Positions 25,901-41,689 of a stretch of DNA of 64,000 bases are shown here, in pieces. The DNA is from the human T2T-CHM13v2.0 reference genome, Homo sapiens, in NCBI RefSeq assembly GCF_009914755.1, contig NC_060931.1; one strand, 5' to 3'. Position 1 is the stretch's first letter. Each line of letters starts with the position of its first letter. The translations under genes and the position numbers were made by a program. The notes beneath the pieces are model-generated. The model was not told the DNA's origin and searched no databases. It was given only the letters and a program-made list of their open reading frames with translations.

Positions 25901-28900
25901 TTAAACTATACCTTGGAACAAATGGACTTAACATGTATATACAGAACATTTCATCCAACTACCACAGAATACACATTCTATTCAACAGCACATGCAACTT
26001 TCTCCAAGATAGACCATATGATAGGCCATGAAATGAGCCTCAATAAATTAAGAAAATTGAAATTATATCAAGCACTCTCTCAAACCACAGTGGAATAAAA
26101 CTGGAAATCAACCCCAAAAGGAACCTCCAAACCCATGCAAATACATGGAAATCAAATAACCTGCTCCTGAATAAGCACTGGGTCAAAAACAAAATCAAGA
26201 TAGAAATGTAAAAATTCTTTGAACTGCACGACAATAATGACACAACCTACCAAAGCCTCTGGGATACAGCAAAGGTGGTGCTCAGAGGCAAGTTAATAGC
26301 CCTAAACACCTACACCAAAAAGACTGAAAGAGTACAAACTGACATCCTAAGGTAATACCTCAAGGAACTAGAGAAACAACAACAAACCAAACCCAAACCC
26401 AGCAGAAGAAAGGAAAGAACCAAGATCAGACCTCAACTAACTGAAATTCAAACAAACAAACAAACAAATACAAAAGATAAATGAAGCAAAAAGCTGGTTC
26501 TTTGAAAAGATAAATAAAACTGACAAACCATTAGCAAGATTAACTAAGAAAAGAAGAGAGAAAATCCAAATAACCTCACTAAGAAATGAAACAGAAGATA
26601 TTACAACTGAAATACAAAAGATCATTCAAGGCTACTATGAACACCTTTATGCACATAAACTAGAAAATCTAGAAGAGATGGGTAAATTCCCGGAAAAATA
26701 CCGTAGCTTAAATCAGGAAGAATTAGATACCCTGAACAGACCAATAAGCAGTGAGATTAAAGTGGTAATTTAAAAATTATCAACAAAAAAAAGTCCAGGA
26801 CCAGACAGATTCACAGCAGAATTCTACCAGATATTCAAAGAAGAATTGGTACCAATCCTTTTGACACTATTCCACAAGATAGAGAAAGAAGAAACATACC
26901 CTAATTCATTCTGTGAAGCCAGCATCAGCCTAATACCAAAAACAGGAAAGGACATAACCAAAAAAGAAAACTACAGACCAATATCCTTGATGAACATAGA
27001 TGCTTAGATGCTAAAATCCTTAACAAAATACTATCTAACTGAATCCACCAATATGTCAAAAAGATAATCTACCATGATCAAGTGGGTTTCATACCAGGGA
27101 TAAAGGGATGGTTTAACATACACAAGTCAATAAATGTGATACACCACATACAAAGGATTAAAAACAAAAATCACATGATCATCTTAGTAGATGCAGAAAA
27201 AGCATTTGCCAAAATCCGACATTCATTTATGATTAAAACTATCAGCAAAATTGGCATACAAGGGACATACTTTAATGTAATAAAAGCCGTCTATGACTAA
27301 CCCACAACCAACATAATACTGAATGGGGAAATGTTGAAAGCATTCCCTTTGAGAACTAGAACAAGACAAGGATGCCCACTTCACCACTCCTCTTCAACAC
27401 AGTACTGGAAGTCCTACCCAGAGCAATCAGACAAGATAAAGAAATAAAGGGAATCCAAGCTGATAAAGAGGAAGTCAAATGTCACTGTTTGCTGACGATA
27501 TGATCACTTCCCTTGAAAACCCTAAGGACTCCTCCAGAAAGCTCCTAGAACTGATAAAAGAATTCAGCAAAGTTTCTGGATACAAGATTAATGTACACAA
27601 ATCAGTAGCTCTTCCAAACACCAACAGCGACCAAGCAGAGAATCAAATCAAGAACTCAACCGCTTTTACAATAGCTGTAAAAAAAATAAAATACTTAGGA
27701 ATATACCTAACCAAGAAGTCAAAAGACCTCTACAAGGAAAACTACAAAACACTGCTGAAAGAAATCATAGATGACACAAACAAATACAAACACATCCCAT
27801 GCTCATAGATGGGTAGAATCAATATTGTGAAAATGACCATACTGCCAAAAGCAATCTACAAATTCAATCCAATCTCCATCAGAATACCACCATCCTTTCA
27901 AACAGAATTAGAAAAAACAATTCTAAAATTCATATAGAACCGAAAAACAGCCTGCATAGCCAAAGCAAGATTAAGCAAAAAGAACAAATCTGGAGACATC
28001 ACACTATGGGATTTCAAACTATACTATAAGGCCATAGTCACCAAAACACCAGGGTACTGGTATAAAAATAGGCACATAGGCCAATGGAACAGAATAGAGA
28101 ACCCAGAAATAAACCCAAATACTTACAGCCAACTGATCTCTGACAAAGCAAAACAGAAATATGAAGTGGGGAAAGGACATCCTTTTCAACAAATGGTGCC
28201 GGCATAATCAGGTACCCACATGTATGAGAACGAAACTGGATCCTCATCTCTCACCTTATACAAAAATCAACTCAAGATGGATTAAGGACTTAAACCTAAG
28301 ACCTGAAACTATAAAATTTCTAGAAAATAACATTGGAAAACCCTTTCTAGACATTGGCTTAGGCAAGGATTTCATGACCAAGAAGCCAAAAGCAAATGCA
28401 ATAAAAACAAGGATAAATAGCTAGAACCTAATTAAACTAAAGAGCTTTTGCACAGCAAAGGGAACAGTCAGCAGAGTAAACAGACAAGCCACAGAGTGGG
28501 AGAAAATCTTCAGAATCTATACATCTGATAAAGAACTAATATCAGGAATCTACAACAAACTCAAACAAATCAGTAAGAAAAAAAACAAAAAATCCCATCA
28601 AAAAGTGGGCTAAGGACATGAATAGGACAATTTCCAAAAGAAGATATACAAATGGCCAACAAACACATGAAAAAATGCTCAACATTGCTAATGATCAGGG
28701 AAATGCAAATCAAAACCACAATGTATACCACTTTATTCCTGCAAGAATGGGCATAATAAAAAAATTAAAAAACAGTAGATATTGGCATGGATGTGGTGAT
28801 CAGGGAACACTTCTACACTGCTAGTAGGAATGTAAACTAGTACAGATACTATGGAAAACAGTGTGGAGATTCTTTAAAGAACTAAAAGTAGAACTACCAT

Positions 28901-29070
28901 TTGATCCAGCAATCCCACTACTAGGTATCTACCCAGAGGAAAATAAGTCATTATTCAAAAAAGATACTTGCACATGCACGTGCATGTTTATAGCAGCACA
29001 ATTCCCAATTGCAAAATCATGGAACCAACCCAAATGCCCATCAATCAACAAGTGGATAAAGAAACTGTGG

Positions 29071-29102
<32 letters not shown>

Positions 29103-29790
29103 TATATATATATACACACAATGCAATACTATGCAGCCATAAAAAAGGAATAAATTAACATTTGTAGCAACTTGGATGAGATTAGAGACTATTCTTTTTT
29201 TTTTTTTTTTTTTTTTTGACACAGAGTTTCACTCTTGTTGCCCAGGCTAGAGAGCCATGGTGCAATCTCAGCTCACCACAACCTCTGCCTCCTGGGTTCT
29301 AGCCATTCTCCTGCCTCAGCCTCCTAAGTAGCTGGGATTACAGGCATGCACCACCATGTCCAGCTTATTTTGTATTTTTGGTAGAGATGGGGTTTCTCCA
29401 TGTTGGTCAGCCTGCTCTTGAACTCCCGACCTCAGGTGATCCGCCCACCTCAGCCTCCCAAAGTGCTGGGATTACAAGTGTGAGCCACTGCGCCCAGCCT
29501 AGAGACTATTATTCTAAGTAATGTAACTCAGGAATGGAAAACCAAACATCGTATATTCTCACTGATATGTGGGAGCTGAGCTATGAGGACGCAAAGGCAT
29601 TAAGAATGATACAATGGACTTTGGGGACTTGGGAAGAGTGGGAGACGGTGAGGGATAAAAGACTACAAATATGGTGCAGTGTATACATGGGTGATGGGTG
29701 CACCAAAATCTCACAAATCACCACTAAAGAACTTACTCATGTAACCAAATACCACCTCTACCCCAATAACTTATGAAAAAATAAAAAATA
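22949..29790 (+). mobile_element. Near full-length L1PB (L1PB1-like) LINE, ORFs disrupted
   Basis: 5' UTR GGACTAGATTGCAGCTCTGGACAGAGCAGC, ORF1 fragments (24417-24638, 24828-25214), ORF2 [10 protein letters not shown] (27479), L1PB-type 3' UTR, degenerate TSD ATATAATAACTCCAA / ATATAATAATTCAAA. Confidence 0.9.
29195..29499 (-). mobile_element. AluS (Sp/Sq-like) inserted in the L1PB 3' region
   Basis: Antisense Alu with poly(T); TAGAGACTATT duplicated on both flanks. Confidence 0.92.
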
Positions 29791-30126
29791 TATATAATAA
29801 TTCAAAGGCTAAAAAGTAAAAAACATATAAAAAGAATGGAAAAAGGTATACTAGGCAAATTAATATAATATTCACCGGGAGGTCCTGATCTTGATATCAG
29901 ACAAAATAAAAAGAGTATTAAGGATGACAAAGATAGATACTTTCTAATGATAAAAGCTGTAATTCACAATTAGAAGTTAACACATTTTTTATATACCAAA
30001 TAAATAAAGAGCAATTTGCACAAAACAGAAACTATTGAATATTCAAGGAGGTGTTACTATACTTTCTCAGTAAGATAGATTAAATGAACCAGAAAATGAG
30101 AATATATAAAAGAAATGAACAACATA

Positions 30127-30448
<322 letters not shown>

Positions 30449-30479
30449 AATGAGCAACATAATCAAAAAGGCAGCCCTA

Positions 30480-33260
30480 AGAATAAATGAAAAGTTCACA
30501 GAAAAAAATAAAAATGCAAATATCCCTTAAACACAGAAAAAGTTTCTCAAGCTCATTCTTAAAAGGGAAAATGCAAATAATTAACTAATTAAATAATGTC
30601 ATAGTGAGACAATACACTCTACTGATGAAGCTATGGAAAAACAGTCACACTCAGACATTACTGTTGAGAATGCAAACTGTTAAAATTCCCAATCAGAGAC
30701 ATTGGATAATACCTGGCTACCAAGACACCCTTTGACAACAAATTCTTACTAGTGTAGATGCACTTCCACAAGGACAAACAACAACAAAACAAAACCACAA
30801 ACTATGCACAAGCTATCCTACTGGCTTTATTTGGAAAAGCAAAAGATTGAAAACAATGCAAACATCCATCAGGACGGGGATAGTGGCCTACCCTGTGGCC
30901 GACCCACACAGTACTATGCCCCTTTCATAGGCTTTATGAGGACCGCTATCAGGAGGAGTAACCTCAGGCTTGTATTTTTAAATGAAAACAAAAGAAGACA
31001 AATTGCTACCTCTTATGAAGAAAAGGAATGGGAAAAAAAAACTATTTGTATGTATGTGCTTTATGTGAGAAAGAAAAGAAAAAAGGAAAGAGGGAGAAAG
31101 GAAGAAAGAGAGGAAGGAAAGAAGGGAGGGAAGGGGAGTGGAGGGGAGACTAAAGAGGTAAAAAGAGAGGGACATATAGAAACAATACATTTGTGATGGC
31201 AATTTTTATATAGTTTTTGCTTTTGAGCCACAAATTTTATATCCTTATATTTTAAAGAATAAAATTAAGTCAAAAAAGAAAACTCTAAAATTGAAAATAA
31301 ACTAGAACAAATGAAGCTCACTATATATCAAATTAGTAACATAGCCTCATAAAATAATACAAATCATATGACTTTAAAACAGTACTTTAACCTTATATCT
31401 GGGCTAAAAGGACAGAAGAACTGCAAAGAAATATTCATATTGATTCAGTGACTTTATTGTAAGCCGTAATAATCATATTTTGAAACTTTTTTATGTATAG
31501 CATAGCATAAAGCAAATAAGTATGTTAGGAAAAAAGATTTGCAGAGCAAGAGACAAAAGTTTGAAATTAATGTTAAGTAAAAATCTGGGAATGTTATATA
31601 ATGTTAATTTTGATCTTCCCCATCAGTTGAAGATATTTTAATTAATTTGAAATATATAAACATTTCCATTTTGTGCATTGCAAGAGCCCAGGATCAATGA
31701 CAACTGAGTGGCACTGAGTACCCCTAGCCCTTGGACTTTTCTTTGGAAATGCCACGAACTAGGAAAGGCTCCTTGAAGAAATAGTGGATTCCAGGTCTCA
31801 GGCAGAAAGCACGGGCAACTCTGAGACACCTTGTACTGCCAGAAAGCATGAAATCAAACAGCATGGGATTATGTGAAAAAGACACAGGAATCTTGAAGGC
31901 ATTTCTACTGGCCAAAGTTTGGACAGTCAAAGCATCAAAAAGAATGATAAATAAAAGGGCAACATGAGAGATCCTACAGTAACGGAAATACTCGGCATCT
32001 TGACATCATCAACATCAATATCCTTGTGATATTGTACTACAGTTTTTCAAAATGCTCCCACTAGGGAAAACTGCGTAAAAGGTACATGGGTTCTCTCTGT
32101 ATTATTTCTTACAACTTCACACGAATCTATAATTATCTCAAAATAATAAGTTTAAAAAAGTAAGGTAATTGATGTGGGCATATTTGAAAATATAATAATT
32201 CATGAGTCCAATATAGTACTCACAAGATAGAATCTTCCTCCTAAAAGGTTCATTTGATGTTATTGGAGGTGACCATAACATGAATCCCTCATTCTGAAAT
32301 CATTAACTGGAGAGAAAGAATCAAGGATACATATTGCCCTTCCAGAAGGGGAGCCAAATGGCCCCAGTTCCTAAGGGAAACCTCTTCTTTATGGAAGAAT
32401 GATAACTGATAAGTGTAAAGAAAATGATAGAATTGGGGAAATCACCATTTTGTCACTTGAATGGAATATTTCATTAGGGTTATAATCATCAACGCATGCT
32501 AAAATCTTAGGCAAAAGGGCAATGGGTAACTGAACATTCACAGTGGCGCCAAAGCATGACTTCACAGTTTACTTACTAGTCATGAGGGCAAAAACTAACT
32601 TCACAATGGAGAGTTCTGGCTGTTACCACCTTATTCAAGGAACAATACTTAACATCACTAACAGTGGAAAAACCAGATATTATGTGCCCCCTTGTGTAAC
32701 GAAAATGAGGAACACAGTATCAACCACAAAGTATTCTTGCCCAAAATGTTTAACCAGAATTGAATCCAGCCTTTAGATATCCTTTTCAGTTTACAGGAAA
32801 TCAAACTGACCACTGGAAAATAATCAGAGAAATCAAGAATATAGAATATTCTGTAAGACAACTGTCCTGGTGTCTTCAAAAAACTCAGTCATAAAAGGGT
32901 AAGGTAATACCATAGATTGCAACAGAATTAAGGAACGTTAAACCCAAATGCAATATCTGGTGTTTCACCGGATTCTGGTAGACAAATCCCCTGACATCTG
33001 AATATAGATTGGGCACTAGATGATGCTCAGAATTATTAATTTCATTAGATGTACTCATGGAATCATGGTTGTCTAGAAAAATGTTCTTTTTAGAGCCAAG
33101 TACTGAGGGATATATGTTAAATATCATGATGTCTGTAATTTATTTTAAAATAATTTCAGCAAAAGAAAAACCTAGAGAAAGCAAGTAAGGCAAAATAATG
33201 ACTCTGTTTAAACCTCGGTGAATGGTACACTGGTGTCCGTATTCTATTCTATTTTTTTGT
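30480..33260 (+). mobile_element. Patchwork of ancient L1M 3' fragments
   Basis: Degenerate L1MC/ME-like 3' UTR motifs, e.g. TCTCTCTGTATTATTTCTTACAACT near 32095; boundaries approximate. Confidence 0.55.
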
Positions 33261-33930
33261 CTGTATGTTTGCAAAATGATTTTGTTCCCTCTCCACCATT
33301 CTATCTAATTGTCTCTTTTAGGAACAAATAAACTTTAATATCAGTTAGAAATATTTTCAGCTACATGTAATGGAAAAGCCAACTACAGTGGCTTAAATAA
33401 ATTGGGATTGATTTTCCACATAGCAAGAAGTCCTGCGGGAAGCATATGTCAGCACCAAAGCCTACATGCCGCACTTGGTCTTTCTCTCATCACCATAACA
33501 TGGAAGCAAGTACAGCCATCGACCACATCCGACCCTGTGGTGGAAGGAGAAGGCAGCACTATTGCACTTCCACTCGTGTCTCAGAGGCAAGGAATCTGGC
33601 CGCCCCCAGCTAAATGCAACACTGGGAGCATGAGGCTTTTAGTCTCCAGTCTCTATGGCACAGGCAGGCAAAGGCGGTGAGGATGGGAACCCGACTTTGT
33701 GCTCAGTCCATGTTGTCTGCCAGAACCTTTGATGGAGTGGACTCATTTTTTCTCCATGTCTCAGCATCTTGTTTATATTTTTCATCATTTAATTTATTTG
33801 TTGAATCCTGGGAAATTCTATTCATTTCAGAATTCTTTTAGTTTATCTCACCTACTATTTTAAACTTTATTTCTGAGATTGTAATTTTAGTGAGTTTTTC
33901 TATTTCCTGAAGTTTTATTTGCTTGTACTC

Positions 33931-34414
<484 letters not shown>

Positions 34415-35425
34415 TGATTGCAAGTTTCAGACGAATGCCTGGAGGCTTGGCTTGGCTCATCTCTGCGCTTTTTCCTTTTGTGAATAAGTTTGCCACAGGG
34501 TGAGGTGTTCTCTGCAGCCCTTTTGGGACAAGCTCTCCCTGTCACATGCCCCAGAATTACCTGCAATCAAGTGGTTAATGTCTGCCTAATTCTGGGCTTC
34601 AGTATTAGGAAACATACTTGCTGCGCATATACACCACATCCTCCACCTGAGCTGTGTGTGCAATGTTTGGTTGCAGCCTCCCTCTGCTACTTTGAATTAC
34701 TACTTCTTTTTGTTGTTTTTTTTTTTCAGAGGATAGGGAACACTTAGAAGATCCCAAACTTACTTTCTTTTATATTTTGCTATTATATATTTTTACATAT
34801 ATATTCTATAATATCATATATTTTATTTTAATGTATTTTGTTATAATCTTAAGTTCTTGAAGAACTAATGCTCCTCTTTATGTGTTGCTGATTTGCTGGT
34901 GGTGGAAGGTTTCCTTCTACGTTTTGACTATTTCTCACTGTAAGCGCATCCAATCAAAGCTCAGTTTTTCTATAGACATCTACGTAGCCGGGAAACTAAA
35001 ATGTCCCTAAGTCCAGAATGAGGTTGCGTATGTTGTTCTCAGGTGTCTGAGAGATAGCACTTGCCAGCGGCCAATTTTTATACTAATTTCACATCTCTGG
35101 GTTTCCCCCATGATGCTGTTAAATGACTTGAACTCTATGTGGGACACAGTCTGGGCTTTGATTTCTTTCAGAGTTCTTCCCCCCGCCCCACCACCCCCAC
35201 CCCACACCCCACACCCGCCCCCAGAACCACTGGAGTCAAACCCTTGCTGTGTCCCTGGGCAAAGTTTACAAGATCCTCTTTCATGGGCATTACAGCCTTA
35301 AGGTTCTGGTTCACTCAGTGGGGGTCTTGGGGTTACCTCTTTACCTCAAGCAGGCCTCATGCCTCTGATTCTATCCCAGCATGAAGGTTAATCCCCACAT
35401 CCCTACTATAACGGTTGGGAACTCA

Positions 35426-35763
<338 letters not shown>

Positions 35764-36455
35764 AGATTCCCACAGCGTGAAATGTTCTCTGCCTGAATCC
35801 ATTTTGTCTGCAGTGCCATTTTGTCTGGGATGTTTATGTATCTTTTTAAACTGAAATTTTGTTCCAGCTTCTTTTTTATGCAATCTTGTCAGGTTTCAGT
35901 ATCAGAGTTATACTCATGTTCTGTAAAATGAGTTTGAAAACATTTCCAATACAAGGATGACCTGAGACAGTCAGCCTGTTATTACATGAGTCAAGAAACA
36001 CCCCATGGGCTTCAGTCCCATACCCAGGCCCTGTTCTCAAACAGGAGAGCAGGCCAAAGTTCTCCTCTTGGGGCAGAGGACAGGGAGTAAGAGGAACAAC
36101 ACATCTTACCATGTTACATTTCAACCCCACTTACGGGGTTATGCTCCATATTACCTTTTAGAGCACGGGGATTATTCGGTATTTAAAAGTAGGAAAAAAC
36201 TTGTCTAATAAAGTTAACTGCATCTGCACATATTTTGGAGAAATTACTTAACAATTTTTTAAATGGTTATTGCTTATTTAGGCTATTTTTCAATTCTAAT
36301 TTACATTTCCTGAAACAGTCATCTGTTCCAATGAGATTTCCCAGTATATCACAATTATCTATATATCTCCCTCCAAAGCTGTTTTATATCCTTCCTGTGC
36401 TTGCAGCTAGCACTCTTATTTTATGCTTTCTGCTTTTTATGCCTCATTCACAATT

Positions 36456-36757
36456 CTTTTATCTTTTTCTTTTTGAGACAGGGTCTCACTCTGTTGCCCA
36501 GGCTGGAGTACAGTGGTACAACCAAAACTCACTGCAGCCTTGACCTCCCAGGCTAAGGTGAGCCTCCTGCCTCAGCCTCCCTGGTACCTGGGACTGCAGG
36601 AGTGCACTACCATGCCTGGCTAATTTTTGTATTTTTTGTAGAGCGGGGTTTTGCCATGTTGCCCAGGCTGGTCTTGAAGTCCTGGGCTCAAGGGATCCAC
36701 CCTGCCTCAGCCTCCCAAAGTGCTGGGATTACAGGTGTAAGCCACAGCGCCCAGCCT
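36456..36757 (-). mobile_element. AluJ-like SINE
   Basis: Antisense Alu with J diagnostics (ACAGGGTCTCACTCTG, CCTGGGCTCAAG). Confidence 0.88.
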
Positions 36758-37146
36758 GACCTGTCTTTTTCTATATGGACTACATTTATTCTCCATCCTC
36801 ACCTTTTGTTTGGAATTTATTCAGCTATTCAGCTTGGTTTAATTTATACTATCAGTTATATTTCCTGTTTGACACTCAAAACTAAATAGCTCTATTTTTC
36901 AATAGCAAAATTTCAAAGTGTCTGTTGACTCTAAGTAAGATGAGGATTTTTAGCATGCTTTTACTTTCCTCAACCACTTCCAATTCCCAGGCATAACGAC
37001 AGTTTATTACGTATCTTCACACTTTAGAACTATTTGGACATTTGTTTGCTTTATAGCTATAGCTCTGTGATTCCTTTGACTTACCAGTTAACTGATATTT
37101 AATTGAACATTCCTTTTATAACTTCCCTCATTGTTTTTATTGTCTC

Positions 37147-37438
<292 letters not shown>

Positions 37439-38886
37439 TTTATTGTCTAATATTTTACCTTTATGAAAGGAATGTTTTGGCCAGCTGGAATAGACCTTGA
37501 CAGTGTAGATCATGTGTGTGGTCTCTAGGGAAGGTGCTATTTCTTACATTCCAGGATCCAGTGCCCTACTACTTGAGCATATGTACTGCTTGCATTATTT
37601 ATTACATTGTTAGGAGTTGCAATCACTGGAATGCTTGAAAAAACATCATGGTCTTTGGCAGGGCCACAGCTGTGGTCACTTCACAAAGCAGTTTCCTAAA
37701 GAGTGCTGTGGCCTGTCCACTTTCTAGTTGGCAAAGATCCCAAGTTCTTAGGTATTGATTGATTCATAGGGAGCAGGGATAGAAATCTACCTTCTTTCTG
37801 CTCCTTTAAAACAAGTCTTTTATATGCCATGCCCTTTGTACTGTGTCTGACACATGGCTGTCACTCAATGCTTATTAAACGAATGAGTACATTAATATGT
37901 CAATTCTGCCTCAAACAAATCCAACATGTATCCATGACTCTACAGTCCATCATTCCTGCTCTAGCTAAGGTCATTATAGTCCAAACTTTCTTTCAATTTT
38001 TATCCACACTACAGATTTTTGTGGTTTCCTTAAGAGACCTGATCATAAGCCACACTTTCTTAAAAATCACCAATGGCTCTCTAATGCCAAACTCTTTAGA
38101 GAACTTTGACTTTTTTTTCTAGCTCCATCGTTTTATAAACTGTCCACTTGAGCCTGGTCCCTGAACAGGTCCTCATAGTCACAGTTCTGGTACTTTTCCA
38201 ATCCCATTCCTCCATGTACTTTTGAGTACCCTTTCTCACACATCTTGTGAAATTTCACACCCCAAACCCTCAAACAACACTTCCTGGCCCCATAACAAGT
38301 ACTCCTTTACTCTGTCCCCATAGTATTTTCAACATATCCTAGAGAATTTAGTACATTTAATTGCACTTCAGTTGTTTACTTCCACTTTAGACTTAAGAAT
38401 TCCTTAGAGCAAACATTCATCTTTTCACACAAAACTATTATAATGCTTGGTACTTAATAGTATCAAGTACTACATGACCTTAATAGATGCTCAAAAAGCT
38501 TAAATTCCATTTCTAACACTAGACATATACCACTCTACACTAAACTGGAAGCAAATCACAGCCTTTCTACTAGAAAATGTATTCTGACTTAGTAAAGCAA
38601 TCTCTCCCCAGAGAACCACCCCCATACACTTAATTTTGCATTCATTTCAGGGTGTTCATGAATGCCAATAACCAAATTCCACCCCAACAAACACTGTGGC
38701 TGTAAATTGAGATTCTCTTCTCAACAAATACGACATTTGGCATGGTAGAAAGAGATCAGACTGTGGCTAGAAACATCAAGTTTTAATACCAGCTCCTACA
38801 CTTAGCATGAGTTAATATTTAAGCTCCAGGACTCAAATTCCAAATTTTTAAATGTGGTGAATACATACCGACTTTGCTAGTTTTGC

Positions 38887-38892
38887 TTTATT
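38887..38892 (-). terminator. C7orf25: Candidate distal poly(A) signal AATAAA of C7orf25
   Basis: Plus-strand TTTATT ~890 nt past the stop codon; motif only. Confidence 0.45.
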
Positions 38893-39434
38893 GAAAACTG
38901 ATAAAGTATCTAGCGCAATGTAGCCATAGAAGTGTATTTTTAACTACAACTTGTGTCATGGAATTGGCATGGAATATTCTGTCACCATCTCATGAAAGTA
39001 AGGTAATGCAGTTGTCACTTGCCACTTGCAAATGAAACATGAAAATAGTATTTATTGTTCAAATACTTATAATATGGGGGCTTTTTGTATTGAATTTTTA
39101 AAATCTTTTACATAATCCTTTTTCAATTCATTCAAATTAGTATTTTACCTTAAGTGTCCTGGTTTTATCTTATAGTAGTAAGATTGTTGGCTTTCTTTTC
39201 ACAAAGGTCTACCAATGGGTTCATGGCACTCAAATAACCATAATTCACTTTCTCATTTCTTCTGTATTATGTACTTTTTGTAAAAACACCTATCAGACTG
39301 CACCTGACATACAGCAAATAAGTTTTTCATTAATGGTTAACCTTAGAATCTAAAATTGATTACCAACGACTACCTCCCAGCCTAAACCATATAAAGCAAT
39401 ATAATGAAAAACAGGCTTGAATTTTCTCCAGATA

Positions 39435-39440
39435 TTTAAT
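39435..39440 (-). terminator. C7orf25: Candidate proximal poly(A) signal ATTAAA of C7orf25
   Basis: Plus-strand TTTAAT ~340 nt past the stop codon; motif only. Confidence 0.5.
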
Positions 39441-39778
39441 GCAAGATGCAATGTAGCCATATTCCATGAAATGTGGTTAGCAGTAGGGGAGTTGTAGCCC
39501 TATCGAATCAAAGTATTACAATACAGCTGAAAGCTTTATATAGACGTATTTCGGTTCTTAATTGCACTAATGCAGACAGTTTGATAGATAAGCTTCTCTC
39601 TTGTGCTTTTTCTACTTTGGGAGGTTATATACTTTAGATGAGAGACAAAGAAACTCTACTGGTTTAAGAGTTCTCAGTTTTACTTTTACTATAGACCTTT
39701 TTTCCCACCAGTTTAGATGGGAAGACCCAGCCTTTGGTATAAATAACTTACTTCCACAAAAATATTTAAAGGGTATCT

Positions 39779-41044
39779 TTAGTGTTCACTGTCAGTTGTG
39801 TAGTCTTTTGGTAAGGGGGTGGCTAGAGCCTCTTTACTCTCAGTAAGTGCTCTGGGCTGATGGATAAACACACTAAATTTAACACCCTGGTTGTTTGCAG
39901 CTCTGACAAAACCACTATTAGCAGTCATTGTGATGGCTTTTAGGGTGTCTCCCGTCCCAAAAATTGTTAATGAGCGGCTATTAATTTTTGAACTGGCCAC
40001 TAGTCTCAAGGCACGCTCAGAAGGCTGGTCTGGTACCACATTAATTCGCTTAATTAACACAGTGGCCCTCTCTCTCTCCCCAGGTCCTCCTAAGGTATCT
40101 AAAATAGACTGAAAGTCCTTGACAGCAGATTCACAAGCAAACAACTCCTTGTCCTTCATAAAGGCCTCCAGCTGAGGTAGAACCTGCTCTTTCCTCTCTT
40201 GCTCTGCTTGTTCTGTGAGCACTTTCTCTTTGAAAATAAAGTGGCAGCCTCCATAGCTGAGGGCAGATACATATGTGATTAAAGTAGTAATGTCCAGATT
40301 TACTCTTTTGCACACATCGACCTTAATTTCTGTTGGAAACGCAACACTTGCTAGTATATTTTCTCGGTCAACTCTGGTCACCTGCAAAAGTTCAGGGCCC
40401 TCATCATCTGATTCACTCTCACTTGGTTGAAGCTCTTCAGGGTGATCTAACAGAGCGTTGACTGCTACTATGTCTCCTCTCACAGATATGCCCATTTCTT
40501 TCAGCTTCTCTGCCATGGGGCTGGAGACACTGTTGTAAAATGCAAAGATGATGTGAGGGTTGCTATACTGCACTGGCTGCTGGTGACTGGCCTGGAGGAA
40601 GTCTTCAGCCTGCTCAATGATGCTTTTGTCACCATATTGGCCCCTGCCCAGCCAGATGTTATGAAGAGCTTCAGCCTTCCGGCCAATGGCTTTCACCCAA
40701 GTATGACCACCATTTGCAACTACATCTACCACAAGGGTTTGCTTTTCTCCTAAGGTATCTGTATAACCAAAGACATGAAGAACACTAACAACTTCTTCCA
40801 GGTTTTCTGCTGATTCCACAATGGCTCTCAGGTGTGTTAGGTTAGTGCTCTGTAAATGAGACTCTTTAATAGCTACTTTCCCAGCTTCTACTTTCTGCAA
40901 GAATTTTAATTCTGCCTTCAATTTGCTGCACAGCTTTGCACCACCTTCTATGCCACCTTTTCTTGATCTAGAAAGTGATTCTGCTCTCTTGATCAGTTCC
41001 TTGGCTATGGCGATTCGTTCACAGAGCATGGAATGTGCAGACAT
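39779..41044 (-). CDS. C7orf25: UPF0415 protein C7orf25, 421-aa ORF in one coding exon (exon acceptor at 41065)
   Basis: Intact 1266-nt [13 protein letters not shown]...DYTTDSEH recognised as C7orf25; polypyrimidine tract and AG 21 nt upstream of the ATG. Confidence 0.96.
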   Translation of the reverse strand: MSAHSMLCERIAIAKELIKRAESLSRSRKGGIEGGAKLCSKLKAELKFLQKVEAGKVAIKESHLQSTNLTHLRAIVESAENLEEVVSVLHVFGYTDTLGEKQTLVVDVVANGGHTWVKAIGRKAEALHNIWLGRGQYGDKSIIEQAEDFLQASHQQPVQYSNPHIIFAFYNSVSSPMAEKLKEMGISVRGDIVAVNALLDHPEELQPSESESDDEGPELLQVTRVDRENILASVAFPTEIKVDVCKRVNLDITTLITYVSALSYGGCHFIFKEKVLTEQAEQERKEQVLPQLEAFMKDKELFACESAVKDFQSILDTLGGPGERERATVLIKRINVVPDQPSERALRLVASSKINSRSLTIFGTGDTLKAITMTANSGFVRAANNQGVKFSVFIHQPRALTESKEALATPLPKDYTTDSEH

Positions 41045-41689
41045 GCTGTCAGCATTATTCCTTTCCTAGGGAAAGAAACAAGGCAAACTTCAGTAGTCTC
41101 CTAAAATTATGACAATCAATTCTTCACTGGTGATTAAAAACTTCAATCTAGCAACACAGCTTATGGAGGGTGAGTCTATGAACCTGGGCTTGTGTATGTC
41201 TCATTCTGGAGTGACTGCTTCCTCTGATAGCTAAGGAAAGGATGGCAGCTACACTTTTGAACTCTTCTTTAGGTACGTCTGACACACTTTAGACCTTCAT
41301 TTCTTCAGCTTGAAAGCCATGGGGACACAGCATGGTCCTAGGTTAGGATACAATGCAAGAGTTGGGCAATCTGCTATATAAATAATTCCTTTATGTCTAT
41401 CAGCGGCCTGTTTAACTGCTGAGAAATTTTAATAAAGGCGACAAAAATGTCGAAAACAAAAATACACACAGACTGGCTAGTTAGCAAACTGTCCAAAGCA
41501 AGTGTCTGTCCTAAACTGAGCACTTCAGCCTCCCTAACCTTTTCCTCCTTCCCGAGTTGGTCTCCTTCAACCGGCTGCCTCATGATTTCCCCCGAGGCTT
41601 GGGGTACTTACGCCAAAAAAAATCAACACTGCCTCATTTCTGCATTTGACGTCAACCCAGACTATTTTAAAAGACCGAAGAAGACCACC

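Noticed and set aside
24361-29150. L1 ORF1/ORF2 as an active retrotransposon
   Set aside because: Many stops and frameshifts, an old L1PB subfamily and an Alu insertion near the 3' end
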